Below are positions 9,559 to 19,792 of a stretch of DNA of 64,000 bases, in pieces. Origin of the DNA: a virus. Taxonomy: Duplodnaviria; Heunggongvirae; Uroviricota; Caudoviricetes. The position numbers and the translations under genes were made by a program. The stretch is from positions 203,468 through 267,467 of IMG/VR virus record IMGVR_UViG_3300014204_000107. One strand, 5' to 3'. Under the pieces are notes generated by a model. The model did no database searches and had not been told where the DNA came from. It saw only the letters and a list, made by a program, of their open reading frames with translations. The first letter of the stretch is position 1, and every line of letters starts with the position of its first letter.

Positions 9559-12500
9559 ATGGAAGAAGAAAAACAAAGTGCATTTTTCGATGGTTTAAAT
9601 AAGATGATGTCATCTGCAGTCATGATTCGGGGCACTACCGATAAGAAACTGCGAGTGATAGACTTAAATAAAGTTCAAGTCCAATCGAATTTGGAAACTA
9701 ATAGGTTAATAGACCGTTTTGCACGCGTTATTATGCCAATTAGAACATATGGTTATGACTATTCATATGCATTCCAAGGGTCCAGAATTGAAATATACAG
9801 GGACTATGAACAAATGGATATGTACCCCATATTGTCCAGTGCTCTTGATATTTATGCTGATGAATGTATAGGATCCGCAACAATTGTGCCAATGGTGGAT
9901 GGCAGAAAAATAACAATCAAAGAATTATATGATAATAATGAAAAGAATTTTTTAATATATGGCATTGATGCAAATAGTAAAAAAATTAAAATAATTGAAG
10001 CAAGTCATATTGCATATAATGGAAAAAAACAAGTATATAAAATTACGCTTGATGATAGCACAGAAATTAAATGTACTGCTAATCATGAGTGGGTTCGATT
10101 TGATAATGAATTAATAAGAACAGATAAATTAGCAGAAGGTGATTGGCTTTGCGCATTACCACAAGAATATCAAATAATTAAAATAGAAAAATTAGAAGGA
10201 TTATCTGATGTATATGATATAGTAAATGCAGGAGACAATCATATATTTGCAATTGAAACTAATGACGGTGGTAAATTATTTACACATAATTGCACTCTAA
10301 AGAACTTATATGGCAGGATTGTGGAAATAAAAACTGACAAAGACTACATAGCCGACTCTCTTAATAATTTATTTTACGATGTTTTAAATATTGACTTTAA
10401 CCTTTGGGCATGGGTGCGAAATCTCGTAAAGTACGGCGATTTTTGGTTAAAAATGGATATCACAGAAAAGCTTGGTATTACTAATGTAATTCCATTATCT
10501 CCATATGGTGTGCAAAGGGTAGAAAACCCAAACAACCCAGAAATGACTGAATTCCATTATGATGCGGCACTTGGCAATTATATGTACGGACAATCATTAC
10601 AGAAATTTAAGAATTATGAAATAGTGCACTTTAGATTGCTTTCCGATATGAACTATTTGCCATATGGGCGGAGCATTTTTGAATCAGCAAGGCAATTATG
10701 GAAGCAAATTGTATTATTACAAGATGCAATGCTTATTCATAAGTTAATGCGTGCGCCAGAACGCCGCGTTATTAAAGTAGATATAGGTAATATACCACCA
10801 GCTGAAGTTGATAACTACATGAATTCAGTTATTAATAAAATGAAGAAAGTTCCATATTTGGATGAAAAGACTGGGCAATATAATTTACGTTTTAATTTAA
10901 TGCCTGTAGCATATTATACGAATATTCCATTATTAGATGGTAGAACTATAACAATCAAACAATTAGCAGAGGAAACGAAGAAAGGCAAGAAAAATTATGT
11001 TTATTCTATAGATAGGGAAAATGATAATAAAATTGTATCTGGAGAGGTTCAGAGATGCGAATTAACTAAAAAAGATGCGGATATTGTTCGTATTTGGTTG
11101 GATGATGATAGTTATATAGATTTTGAATTAGAACATCCAGTAATGTTACGAACTGGTGAATATAAAGCAGCAAAAGATTTAATTGAAAATGATAGTTTAA
11201 TGCCATTTTATAGTAAATTTTCAAATGAAAAAGGCATTAAAGATTATGAAATGATTTTTGACCCAGCAGACCAAATATTTAAATATACTCATAGGGTGAT
11301 TGCTGAGCAATATAATATTGATAATTATATTGAAAATAATCATGTTGTTCATCATGCGGATTTTAATAGAAAAAATAATATTCCAGAAAATTTAGATTGT
11401 AAGATGACATTTGATGATCATATTAAATATCATCGAGATAATATTAAACTTTGGTTAAATACATTAACACCACAACAATGGGAAATCATTAATAAGAAAC
11501 GCAGTGATACTTGGAAAAAGAATAGAATTCTTGGTAAAAATAAATTATGGAACGAGGGAGAAACAAAAGAAACAAATGAATTAGTAAGATTATTAGGTGA
11601 AAATATATCAAAAACATTCACCCCAGAAAAAAAGAAGAAATATGCAGCTAGATTAAGAGGGAAACTAAATCCGGTACACTCAAAATGGATACAAGAAAAT
11701 TTTGTTCCATATGAAAGAACTGAAGAGCATAAGCAAGTATTAAGAGAAAAAATGTCTGGTGATAATAATCCAAATTATGGTAAGACGTGGGAAGAAATAC
11801 ATGGTAAAGAAAAAGCGGAAGAATTAAGAGAAAAAGTAAGTAATGTATCCCGTGATAAATTTTTAAAAAATAATCCAATGAAAACAGATGCTCAGAAAAA
11901 ACGGGCATCCAAAGTTATGAAGTTTGAAAATGGTAAACGGTGGTCAGATAATAATTTTAAAGAAAAAGTAACTATTGCAATGAGTCATACATATGATTCA
12001 TGGTTGATTGAGCAAATTAAAAAACAAATAAAATTATGTAATTTAAAAAATCTTAATGAAATTGTTAATCATTTAAATAAATGTAATGATATTGTTTCTT
12101 ATTTTGCAATTTTGAATGAAACAAAAAAAGGAACTGGTAAATTTTCAAGACATTCTATTGCAAAATTTGCAATCCGATTGGGCTATAAAAATATTGCAGA
12201 ATTAATTTTAGATGTAAAAAATAATTATATTATCAATCATAAAGTCAAGAAGGTAGAATTTTTAACTGAAAAAATTGATGTATATTGTATGTTGGTCAAA
12301 GATTATCATAATTTTGCAATTGATAGCCACGGTGGAAATATTCGTGATGGTATTTTTGTAAAAAATACTATGCTTGAAGATTTTTATTTACCAGTTAGAC
12401 CAGGGCAAGTAAATTCATCTATAGATACATTGCAGGGTTTAGTAATGGATTTCACGCCAGATTTAGAGTTCTTATTAAGCCAAATGTTTGCAGCAATAAA

Positions 12501-13359
12501 GATACCCAAAGCATTCCTGGGTTATGAAGAAGGCCTGAGTGCTAAGAATGTTTTATTAACGCAGGATGTAAGGTTTGCTCGCACAATAGAACGCGTTCAA
12601 CGTATTGTAGAATCTGAACTGTATAAAATAGCAATAATACATTTATATTCGCAAGGATATACTGGCGATGATTTAGTTAATTATAAGATTCAATTAACGC
12701 CATCTTCAATATTATATGAAGAAGAAAGAAATACATTATTAACTAATAAAGTTGATTTAGTTGGCAGAATTCGCGAGCAGAACTTATTACCTGATAAATA
12801 CATATATGAAGAATTATTTAATTTCAGTGAGCAGGAATGGCATCAGATGCGCAAGGATATGATTGAAGATTTAAAATGGCAATATAGAATAAAACAAATT
12901 TCTGACGAAGGTGTTGACCCATATGAGGAAGCAAATAAGATTAAAAACTTATTAACAAAGCAAGAAGGTGCTGGTGAGTTTGATTTAGCAAAAGGTGAAG
13001 AACAAGGCGGTGGTGCAGGGGAAGACATATTTGGTGGTAGCTCATTTGGCGGATTAGGTGGTGGCACTGAAACTGAAGGTGGAACGGAAGATATATTTGG
13101 TGCAGGAGAAGTAGGTGGGGCAGAAGGAACGCCCCCAACAGAAGGTGGACCAGAAAATATTACCGCTGGATATAAGAGTGGTAAAAATTTATTATATTCT
13201 CCAAATAATATAATAAGATTAAAATTAACAAACTATATTAAACAGCGGGGCAATACTAAATCATCAAAGTATATATTGTCTGAAGTACTCAACCAATTAG
13301 AGCATGAGCAGGAAGATATTTTTAACTCTGGCTATTTTGACGAAAAAAACTTAGAATAA
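9559..13359 (+). CDS. Portal protein (T4 gp20-like) containing two inteins
   Basis: ALDIYADE, YGRSIFE, RAPERRVIKVDIG, MLEDFYLP, KIPKAFL motifs; directly follows terL. Confidence 0.93.
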   Translation: MEEEKQSAFFDGLNKMMSSAVMIRGTTDKKLRVIDLNKVQVQSNLETNRLIDRFARVIMPIRTYGYDYSYAFQGSRIEIYRDYEQMDMYPILSSALDIYADECIGSATIVPMVDGRKITIKELYDNNEKNFLIYGIDANSKKIKIIEASHIAYNGKKQVYKITLDDSTEIKCTANHEWVRFDNELIRTDKLAEGDWLCALPQEYQIIKIEKLEGLSDVYDIVNAGDNHIFAIETNDGGKLFTHNCTLKNLYGRIVEIKTDKDYIADSLNNLFYDVLNIDFNLWAWVRNLVKYGDFWLKMDITEKLGITNVIPLSPYGVQRVENPNNPEMTEFHYDAALGNYMYGQSLQKFKNYEIVHFRLLSDMNYLPYGRSIFESARQLWKQIVLLQDAMLIHKLMRAPERRVIKVDIGNIPPAEVDNYMNSVINKMKKVPYLDEKTGQYNLRFNLMPVAYYTNIPLLDGRTITIKQLAEETKKGKKNYVYSIDRENDNKIVSGEVQRCELTKKDADIVRIWLDDDSYIDFELEHPVMLRTGEYKAAKDLIENDSLMPFYSKFSNEKGIKDYEMIFDPADQIFKYTHRVIAEQYNIDNYIENNHVVHHADFNRKNNIPENLDCKMTFDDHIKYHRDNIKLWLNTLTPQQWEIINKKRSDTWKKNRILGKNKLWNEGETKETNELVRLLGENISKTFTPEKKKKYAARLRGKLNPVHSKWIQENFVPYERTEEHKQVLREKMSGDNNPNYGKTWEEIHGKEKAEELREKVSNVSRDKFLKNNPMKTDAQKKRASKVMKFENGKRWSDNNFKEKVTIAMSHTYDSWLIEQIKKQIKLCNLKNLNEIVNHLNKCNDIVSYFAILNETKKGTGKFSRHSIAKFAIRLGYKNIAELILDVKNNYIINHKVKKVEFLTEKIDVYCMLVKDYHNFAIDSHGGNIRDGIFVKNTMLEDFYLPVRPGQVNSSIDTLQGLVMDFTPDLEFLLSQMFAAIKIPKAFLGYEEGLSAKNVLLTQDVRFARTIERVQRIVESELYKIAIIHLYSQGYTGDDLVNYKIQLTPSSILYEEERNTLLTNKVDLVGRIREQNLLPDKYIYEELFNFSEQEWHQMRKDMIEDLKWQYRIKQISDEGVDPYEEANKIKNLLTKQEGAGEFDLAKGEEQGGGAGEDIFGGSSFGGLGGGTETEGGTEDIFGAGEVGGAEGTPPTEGGPENITAGYKSGKNLLYSPNNIIRLKLTNYIKQRGNTKSSKYILSEVLNQLEHEQEDIFNSGYFDEKNLE
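9865..10290 (+). mobile_element. Mini-intein 1 in portal (142 aa, no endonuclease)
   Basis: Starts CIGSAT..DG; block B TANH; block F VYDI; ends HN followed by Cys(+1). Confidence 0.9.
10903..12366 (+). mobile_element. Intein 2 in portal with HNH endonuclease; starts with Pro (class-3-like)
   Basis: Removal restores RFNLM|TMLEDFYLP. Starts PVAYYTNIPLLDG; HNH motif VVHHADFNRKNN; block F VYC; ends KN followed by Thr(+1). Confidence 0.85.
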
Positions 13360-13407
13360 AACTGTTTTTTTATCATATTATATATTTATTAAAAAAGGAA
13401 TATCTGA

Positions 13408-14256
13408 ATGAAAAGCAACCACGCAAAGCTTAAAAATACGGGCATATTATTTGAATTGCTTGTTAGGCAGGCTACAAGTGATATAATTTCCGAAAAAGAA
13501 TCAAAAGCAGTTAATATTATTAGACGATTCTTTAAAGAAGGCACGGAACTTAATAAGGAGCTAAAGCTATACAAAACATTAACTGAAGATAAATACCACG
13601 ACGCCAGAAAAGCTGAGAATTTTATTGAGGTAGTATTGTCTGAACGCAAGAAAATTAATAACACCCAATTAAAGAGTGAAACATATAATCTTGTTAAAGC
13701 AATTAATGAAGCATATACTATTGATTTTTACCAAGCAAAAATTAATAATTATAAAGTATTAGCTTCAACTTATAATTTATTTGAATATGTATTGGGACGC
13801 TCGGTACCTCCAACTGATGTGGTAAATTCAAAATTTACTATATTAGAACATATCGCAGCCAAACAAGCAGAAAAGAATGAAGTAAAAGATAAGGTGCTTG
13901 AAGCTTATGACCAGCAAGATAAAGATATTAGATTGCTCGCTTATAAGTTAATGATTGAGAAATATAATCAGAAATATAACGCGCTTGATAACAGGCAAAA
14001 ACGATTATTAAGAGAATATATTAATAGTGTTACTGATAGTCCTAAATTAGCTGAATTTGTTAACAATGAAGCAAACATTGTTAAATTTGAATTAAAGAAA
14101 TTATTGAAGAAAGTGGACGATGAAGTAATGCAAGTTAAGCTTGAAGAAACAATAAATCAAATTGATAAGCAAGTAATATGCAAATCTGTAAAAGAAGACC
14201 ATATATTGCAGTTAATGAAATATTATGAATTGGTAAAAGAATTGCAACAAATATAA
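13408..14256 (+). CDS. Probable prohead core/head assembly protein
   Basis: KNTGILFELLVRQ motif; helical; located between portal and protease. Confidence 0.55.
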   Translation: MKSNHAKLKNTGILFELLVRQATSDIISEKESKAVNIIRRFFKEGTELNKELKLYKTLTEDKYHDARKAENFIEVVLSERKKINNTQLKSETYNLVKAINEAYTIDFYQAKINNYKVLASTYNLFEYVLGRSVPPTDVVNSKFTILEHIAAKQAEKNEVKDKVLEAYDQQDKDIRLLAYKLMIEKYNQKYNALDNRQKRLLREYINSVTDSPKLAEFVNNEANIVKFELKKLLKKVDDEVMQVKLEETINQIDKQVICKSVKEDHILQLMKYYELVKELQQI

Positions 14257-15161
14257 TGGAACATAAAAGAATATATACAAAATCATTACATGACCGCTTT
14301 AGACGCTCAATTGAGTATGATAGTACTTTAACAAAGCCGAAAAAGTCGCCAAAGAAACGAGCACAAGAGCATGAATGGGATGAAATGAATAAAGAAAGCG
14401 GGCATAAAAATCCAAAAGATATAGAGGAAAGCAATATGAATCAAGAAGAACAATTAAGAGAAATGATTCGTGCAGCAATAAAGGAAATATTTGCTGAAAC
14501 AAACGAAGAAGAGCAACTTAATGAATTTATGGCAACGGGAGCACCAGCAGGAGCTGCACCAGCAGCAGGTGGTTCTAATGCCGCACAAGGTCCATACCAA
14601 ACGCCTGCAGCATTTAATAGAAAGAATACAAGCACTGATAATAAAGGTACTAAATCTTCTACTAATGCTGGATGGACTAAAGTCGATGAAAGCCAACCAC
14701 ATAGGTGGGGCATTAAATACGGTGAAGCATCAACTGAATATGAACGTGCAAACCCAAGAATGTATAGGCTAAAGAACGAAGTTAAAACTATTAATGAAGC
14801 AGTAAAGAAATCAGCAAACGATGATAATTTTGAAAAGTTATACAGGAAAGCATGTAAGCATTTTGAAGTTGAAGAATTAGTAGATTTAAAGCCTGAAAGG
14901 TATGAAGAAGCTATTGCATATATGAATAAACTAACAGATGCAGATGATGCAAGAATAACTAAACAACAAGTTAGAAAAGCAGCAATAAAAGAAGCATTTG
15001 GGCAAATAATAACTGAACAGTCATTTACAATTGTAAATAATGATAATATTGATAAGATTGCCGATTATATTGCAAAATATAGGACTGATAAAACTATGAC
15101 CCCCCATAGAATTGCACGAGACATATTACGAATTATTGAAAATATGATGAATGGAGTATAA
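14256..15161 (+). CDS. Hypothetical head-associated protein
   Basis: Degenerate leader QLREMIRAAIKE; several LNE/INE/ITE motifs; true start may be ~14436. Confidence 0.55.
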   Translation: MEHKRIYTKSLHDRFRRSIEYDSTLTKPKKSPKKRAQEHEWDEMNKESGHKNPKDIEESNMNQEEQLREMIRAAIKEIFAETNEEEQLNEFMATGAPAGAAPAAGGSNAAQGPYQTPAAFNRKNTSTDNKGTKSSTNAGWTKVDESQPHRWGIKYGEASTEYERANPRMYRLKNEVKTINEAVKKSANDDNFEKLYRKACKHFEVEELVDLKPERYEEAIAYMNKLTDADDARITKQQVRKAAIKEAFGQIITEQSFTIVNNDNIDKIADYIAKYRTDKTMTPHRIARDILRIIENMMNGV

Positions 15162-15164
15162 TAT

Positions 15165-16877
15165 ATGATTAAACAATCAATAGGGTATTCAGCAATACCA
15201 TTTATAGTAACACCACAACAGTTACAAGAGTCAATGCGTAAGAACAATGGCATTGTTATTGTATCCGGTGTTATACAGCGTGCTGATTCATTAAACCAAA
15301 ATAAGCGCAAATATCCTAAACAAATATTATTGCGTGAAGTAGAAAGGTATAATAGTGATTTTATTAAACAAGGCAATGCCCTAGGTGAGCTTGATCACCC
15401 GGACTGCGTTCTTCCTGATACCAAGATACTTACAAAAGATGGTTGGAAATATATTAAAGATATATCAGAAGACGAAATAGTTGCAACACTGAATACCGTT
15501 ACTAACGAATTAGAATATCAACAAATAGTGCGAAAAATAGAACAGCATTATGCTGGTGAAATGATTGAATTTAAAAATGCAGTTTTTAGTGCATGTGTGA
15601 CGCCAAATCATAAATTTTATGTTATGCGAGGGGTCGACCGGCAGCGTGGTGAGTTTATTGCAGCAAATGAATTATATAAAACTGACGTAATTAATAAAAA
15701 ATGCAAATGGCAGGGTACTGACCAATTAGTTATGACATTTCCAGCAACTGGTATTAAAGAATCTTATTCTGTTGATACGGAGGCATTTTGTAATTTTTTG
15801 GGTTGGTATATAGCAGAAGGATATATTAGTCAATATAAAGGTAATATGGTGTATATTAGTCAATCTAAAAAAGAAGGCAAAGAACAAATAATTGCAATGT
15901 TAGATCAAATGCCATATCACTGGAATTATTATGTTGGTAAAAATGATGAGTGGGTATTTTATATTATTGATAAGGCATTATATGAATATTTAAAACCATT
16001 GGGTGGCAGTTATGATAAACATATACCGCAAGAAATCAAAAATCTTTCACCCAAATATTTAAAAATATTATTACGTTCATTAATGTTAGGAGATGGTACT
16101 ACAAATGGAAATGATTATTATACTGTTTCTCCTCAATTGGCCAGTGATGTTAGTGAGATAATTATTAAATGCGGATTATCAGCATCTATTACTGAGATTG
16201 ATAGAATTGATAATTATTATGTTATTAAAAATAAAGAAACTGGTGAAATTGAAACAATTAATAATATTTATTGGTACACCAAACCAAAATATGCAATTAA
16301 AGAAAATTTTGAAATTGTTGATAAAATAAAAAAGAAAAACGGAAAGATAATGTATATAATAAGAACCAAAGATTCTTCACATTATTTTTTTAATGAAATG
16401 GATAAAACCATTATTGATTATGATGGTATGGTATATTGTGTAGAAGTCCCAAACCATACTATATATTTAATGCGCGATGGTAAACAATTTTGGTCTGGCA
16501 ATTCAAGTATCGTTGAATTAAAAAATGCTTCACACCGCATATTAGAAGTATGGTGGAGTGGTGATGATTTATTAGGTAAGATAGAAATATTGCATGATGT
16601 AACACCGGCAGGGCACATATTATATAAATTATTTGAACGTGGCATTAAAGTAGGTATATCATCAAGGGGATTAGGTTCAGTAAAGCCTATTAATGAAGAC
16701 GGGGCAGTGGAAGTACAAGATGACTTTGAATTAGTTGCTTGGGACTTTGTTTCCAATCCATCTACCCAAGGTGCATATATGACAATGTTGCATGAAGGCA
16801 TTGACCCAGCAAATATGAACTTACATAAATTTATGAAAATGGAATCTATTATAAACTCAATATTAAGAGGTGAATAA
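15165..16877 (+). CDS. Prohead protease (T4 gp21-like) containing one intein
   Basis: NQNKRKYP, GELDHP (catalytic His), GISSRGLGS (catalytic Ser), DFVSNPS. Confidence 0.93.
   Translation: MIKQSIGYSAIPFIVTPQQLQESMRKNNGIVIVSGVIQRADSLNQNKRKYPKQILLREVERYNSDFIKQGNALGELDHPDCVLPDTKILTKDGWKYIKDISEDEIVATLNTVTNELEYQQIVRKIEQHYAGEMIEFKNAVFSACVTPNHKFYVMRGVDRQRGEFIAANELYKTDVINKKCKWQGTDQLVMTFPATGIKESYSVDTEAFCNFLGWYIAEGYISQYKGNMVYISQSKKEGKEQIIAMLDQMPYHWNYYVGKNDEWVFYIIDKALYEYLKPLGGSYDKHIPQEIKNLSPKYLKILLRSLMLGDGTTNGNDYYTVSPQLASDVSEIIIKCGLSASITEIDRIDNYYVIKNKETGEIETINNIYWYTKPKYAIKENFEIVDKIKKKNGKIMYIIRTKDSSHYFFNEMDKTIIDYDGMVYCVEVPNHTIYLMRDGKQFWSGNSSIVELKNASHRILEVWWSGDDLLGKIEILHDVTPAGHILYKLFERGIKVGISSRGLGSVKPINEDGAVEVQDDFELVAWDFVSNPSTQGAYMTMLHEGIDPANMNLHKFMKMESIINSILRGE
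15405..16502 (+). mobile_element. Intein in prohead protease with LAGLIDADG endonuclease (366 aa)
   Basis: CVLPDTKILTKDGW start; TPNH; FLGWYIAEG and LMLGDG motifs; ends GN followed by Ser(+1). Confidence 0.9.
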
Positions 16878-16878
16878 T

Positions 16879-17115
16879 ATGAATAAACAAGAGCTAAAGC
16901 AACTTATAAAGGAAGAAGTTAGAACAACATTAAATGAATCATTTAATAGAACAGCATATAATTGGGAAATAAATAATACATCTGGTGAGGTTCTTGCTAA
17001 TTCAATGAAAGAAGCAATACGTTTAGCAGTAAATGATTATCTCGAATATATGGGTGATAATATAGATGATAGCGGTCCAGAATATTTTGAATTACATATA
17101 GAATCGATATATTAG
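16879..17115 (+). CDS. Leader-tagged small protein
   Basis: MNKQELKQLIKEEVRTTLNE; ATG at 16879. Confidence 0.75.
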   Translation: MNKQELKQLIKEEVRTTLNESFNRTAYNWEINNTSGEVLANSMKEAIRLAVNDYLEYMGDNIDDSGPEYFELHIESIY

Positions 17116-17127
17116 GAGAATGTATAG

Positions 17128-18594
17128 ATGACAACAAAAGAAATATTAGATACTCTTAATGGCTGCGAAGTCAATTCATTAGAATTTGAAGGATGCGTTG
17201 GTATTAATAATGGTAAGATATATCAAGACGGAGAAATAATTAGAGCAACGCCAAAACAAATTAAAATCTTATGGGACGAATATATAGAGGAAGAAGGTAT
17301 CCATAGCGAATTTTCTGACTTATTCGGTGAAGATGAGCCACGAGTTAGAGATTTAATTGGTGAAGAAGAAGGCAATTTACAAGAAGGTAAAATGAAAGAT
17401 TTAAAAACATCTTTATATGACGCATTATATAATGATGTATATGATAATTATAAAGGTGATGCTGAAACATGGTACAATAATGGCAGGCCTGATACTAATA
17501 GTGAAGTAGAATCAGTATTAGAAGATATAATGGCAGTTGTTGGTATGGATAACGCCGGAGAACTTTTTAGTGAAGTGGCGGAGCAAGTATATGATGATGT
17601 AATAGCATTAAATAATACAGAAGATACACACGACTATATGCAAGATGATTTTGAATCAAGCTTTGAAACAATGGACGAAAGCAAAGATGAAGGAGAAAAT
17701 CCAATGATAACAGCAGGAGACGAGGTAAAAGTTTATATACCAAGCAATAATAAATATATTACTTGCTATGCTGAAGATAGTGAAACAAAAAATGATTACG
17801 GTGAACGCGTGGTTGATGTTAGTTGGATTAAAGAACCAGAAAATGTCTTTACTGTTGTATGGGATGAAGATGCTAACCAATGGCAAGAAATTGAAGAACG
17901 CGAAATTAAATTTAAAGAAAATAAAGGGGATAATAAAATGAATAAAAATACAAAATTAACTGAAGCTTTAGACTTTACCAATGGCGGATATGCTAAGTCA
18001 TTATTTCGTTCCAATACAAAAGAATATGATGAATTAAATACAATGGACGACGCAGACTACCAAGAATTTATTGGTATAATGTCTGAAAAAGGCATTACGG
18101 TTAAATATGATAAGGTTCATGATGAATTTATCATAACTGATCCCCAAGGAGAAGGCAAATTCTTTGGCACTCCAAAGACCCCAAAAGAAATGGGTGTTAG
18201 GGGCAAAAATATGTATGACCCAATGCCAAAGAGGCTTATACCAAGAAGGCTTAAAAAGCTTGGTGAAAACGAAGAATATGATGACACAAAATATGTTGAT
18301 TTAAAACCATTTACAAACGAGGTACTGAGTATGAAAAATTTAAGATTAACAGAAGAATATGCTGGAACAATGCAACCTTCTATTAACATGAAAGCATTAG
18401 AAACAATGGGCATTAGCACTACTCCAAGAAAATATGGTAGTGTTGCATTAACTGAAAAGCAAGAAGACTTAAATGAGGCTATTGAAAAGGTTAATAGTGC
18501 TATTCAAATATTAGCAAAATACAAAGAACAGCAAAAATTGAATGAATATTTGATTAAGCTTAAAAATGTATTAATCACTGAAAGCAAAAAATAA
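17128..18594 (+). CDS. Acidic multi-segment hypothetical protein (possible internal head polyprotein)
   Basis: Many LQE/LTE/LNE/ITE motifs separating segments. Confidence 0.55.
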   Translation: MTTKEILDTLNGCEVNSLEFEGCVGINNGKIYQDGEIIRATPKQIKILWDEYIEEEGIHSEFSDLFGEDEPRVRDLIGEEEGNLQEGKMKDLKTSLYDALYNDVYDNYKGDAETWYNNGRPDTNSEVESVLEDIMAVVGMDNAGELFSEVAEQVYDDVIALNNTEDTHDYMQDDFESSFETMDESKDEGENPMITAGDEVKVYIPSNNKYITCYAEDSETKNDYGERVVDVSWIKEPENVFTVVWDEDANQWQEIEEREIKFKENKGDNKMNKNTKLTEALDFTNGGYAKSLFRSNTKEYDELNTMDDADYQEFIGIMSEKGITVKYDKVHDEFIITDPQGEGKFFGTPKTPKEMGVRGKNMYDPMPKRLIPRRLKKLGENEEYDDTKYVDLKPFTNEVLSMKNLRLTEEYAGTMQPSINMKALETMGISTTPRKYGSVALTEKQEDLNEAIEKVNSAIQILAKYKEQQKLNEYLIKLKNVLITESKK

Positions 18595-18613
18595 TTTTAA
18601 CATAGGGGATACT

Positions 18614-19075
18614 ATGGAAAATAGCAATAGATTATTGAGGAAAGTCCTTAAAGAAGGCCTTGAAGATGAATTTTTAACAAGCGATAGAAAGAAGGAATTC
18701 ATTGAGGATGTATATAATTACTCTAATATGGGTGATGTTATATACCGCGGTGATGAACTAAAAAAAATTGCTGCTAAAATTAAATTACTTACCCAATTAG
18801 CGGAACCAGTAGTTTTAGCATCTGTTGATGAATGGTTTGATATGCAATCTGTTAAGAAAGATATGAAGATCATCCGTGAACAAGGCATTATGCTTGAAAA
18901 AACAGCAAAAGAAGTAGCAGTCTTACAATACAGATTAGAATCTGCTTTTGATGATATTGGCGTAAAGCTTAATAAATATTTTGATATGGCAGACAACGTA
19001 GCAACTGGCGAGGAAGAAGAACCTGAAACGACAGAAGAAATACCGGAAGAACCAGTTGAAACGCCTGAAAAATAA
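18614..19075 (+). CDS. Hypothetical head-cluster protein
   Basis: ORF with SD; degenerate leader LLRKVLKE. Confidence 0.6.
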   Translation: MENSNRLLRKVLKEGLEDEFLTSDRKKEFIEDVYNYSNMGDVIYRGDELKKIAAKIKLLTQLAEPVVLASVDEWFDMQSVKKDMKIIREQGIMLEKTAKEVAVLQYRLESAFDDIGVKLNKYFDMADNVATGEEEEPETTEEIPEEPVETPEK

Positions 19076-19084
19076 GGAGTAATT

Positions 19085-19360
19085 ATGAAAATACTTGAAT
19101 TACGCAAATTAATTAAAGAGGAAGTTGAAAAATCACTTACTGATTTTAATGCATTACCAAAGAAATTTGAAGATGTTGAAATTGGCAAAGAATTTGGTGT
19201 ATTTGATACAGATTGCGGTGGCATTGTAAAATGGAAAAAAATATCTGAAACAGAAGCAAAACTTGTGTCAAAGCAGGAAAAAGAAAGCGATATTAAAAAA
19301 GGCGATGAAGCAAATTTCTCAAAGACTACAACTGTGCAAGTAAAAGAATCAAAAAAATAA
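19085..19360 (+). CDS. Leader-tagged small protein
   Basis: MKILELRKLIKEEVEKSL; AGGAG SD. Confidence 0.7.
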   Translation: MKILELRKLIKEEVEKSLTDFNALPKKFEDVEIGKEFGVFDTDCGGIVKWKKISETEAKLVSKQEKESDIKKGDEANFSKTTTVQVKESKK

Positions 19361-19376
19361 ATTTAAAATTAAAACA

Positions 19377-19622
19377 ATGGATTTACAACCAAAGAAAGGA
19401 AAAGTAAGCTATTTTGGCAACAATGTAAAAGTAATTAATGGTAACATTGATGAAGCATTACGCAGATTAAAAGGAGCAGTAAAAGATTCTGGTGTTATGT
19501 TTGAATTAAAGCAACGGCAAGAGTTCTTACCGCCATCTGCCATAAAAAGAGAAGTTAAACAAAAGGCTATTAGAAAGCAACAATTAATTAGTTTACGCGA
19601 AAAAGAAGACAGATTAATATAA
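19377..19622 (+). CDS. rpsU: Phage-encoded ribosomal protein bS21
   Basis: VKVINGNIDEALRRLKGAVKDSGVMFELKQRQEFLPPS matches the bS21 pattern (ALRRFKR...GV..E.R.REFYEKPS); basic C-terminus. Confidence 0.85.
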   Translation: MDLQPKKGKVSYFGNNVKVINGNIDEALRRLKGAVKDSGVMFELKQRQEFLPPSAIKREVKQKAIRKQQLISLREKEDRLI

Positions 19623-19669
19623 TTATTTCGAATATTTTTCGATTTTTCTACAATAGAGCATACTTATTT

Positions 19670-19695
19670 ATAGATAGCAGTCAACTGCTGTCTAT
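19670..19695 (+). terminator. Hairpin between bS21 and scaffold
   Basis: ATAGATAGCAG-TCAA-CTGCTGTCTAT followed by an AT-rich tract. Confidence 0.45.
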
Positions 19696-19792
19696 TTATA
19701 TTTAATATCCTATGATAAATATAGGGTTCGTGCACAAAATAAACATATTATAGCTTAAAATAGTTATAGAGCACAAACAGGAGATATACAAA

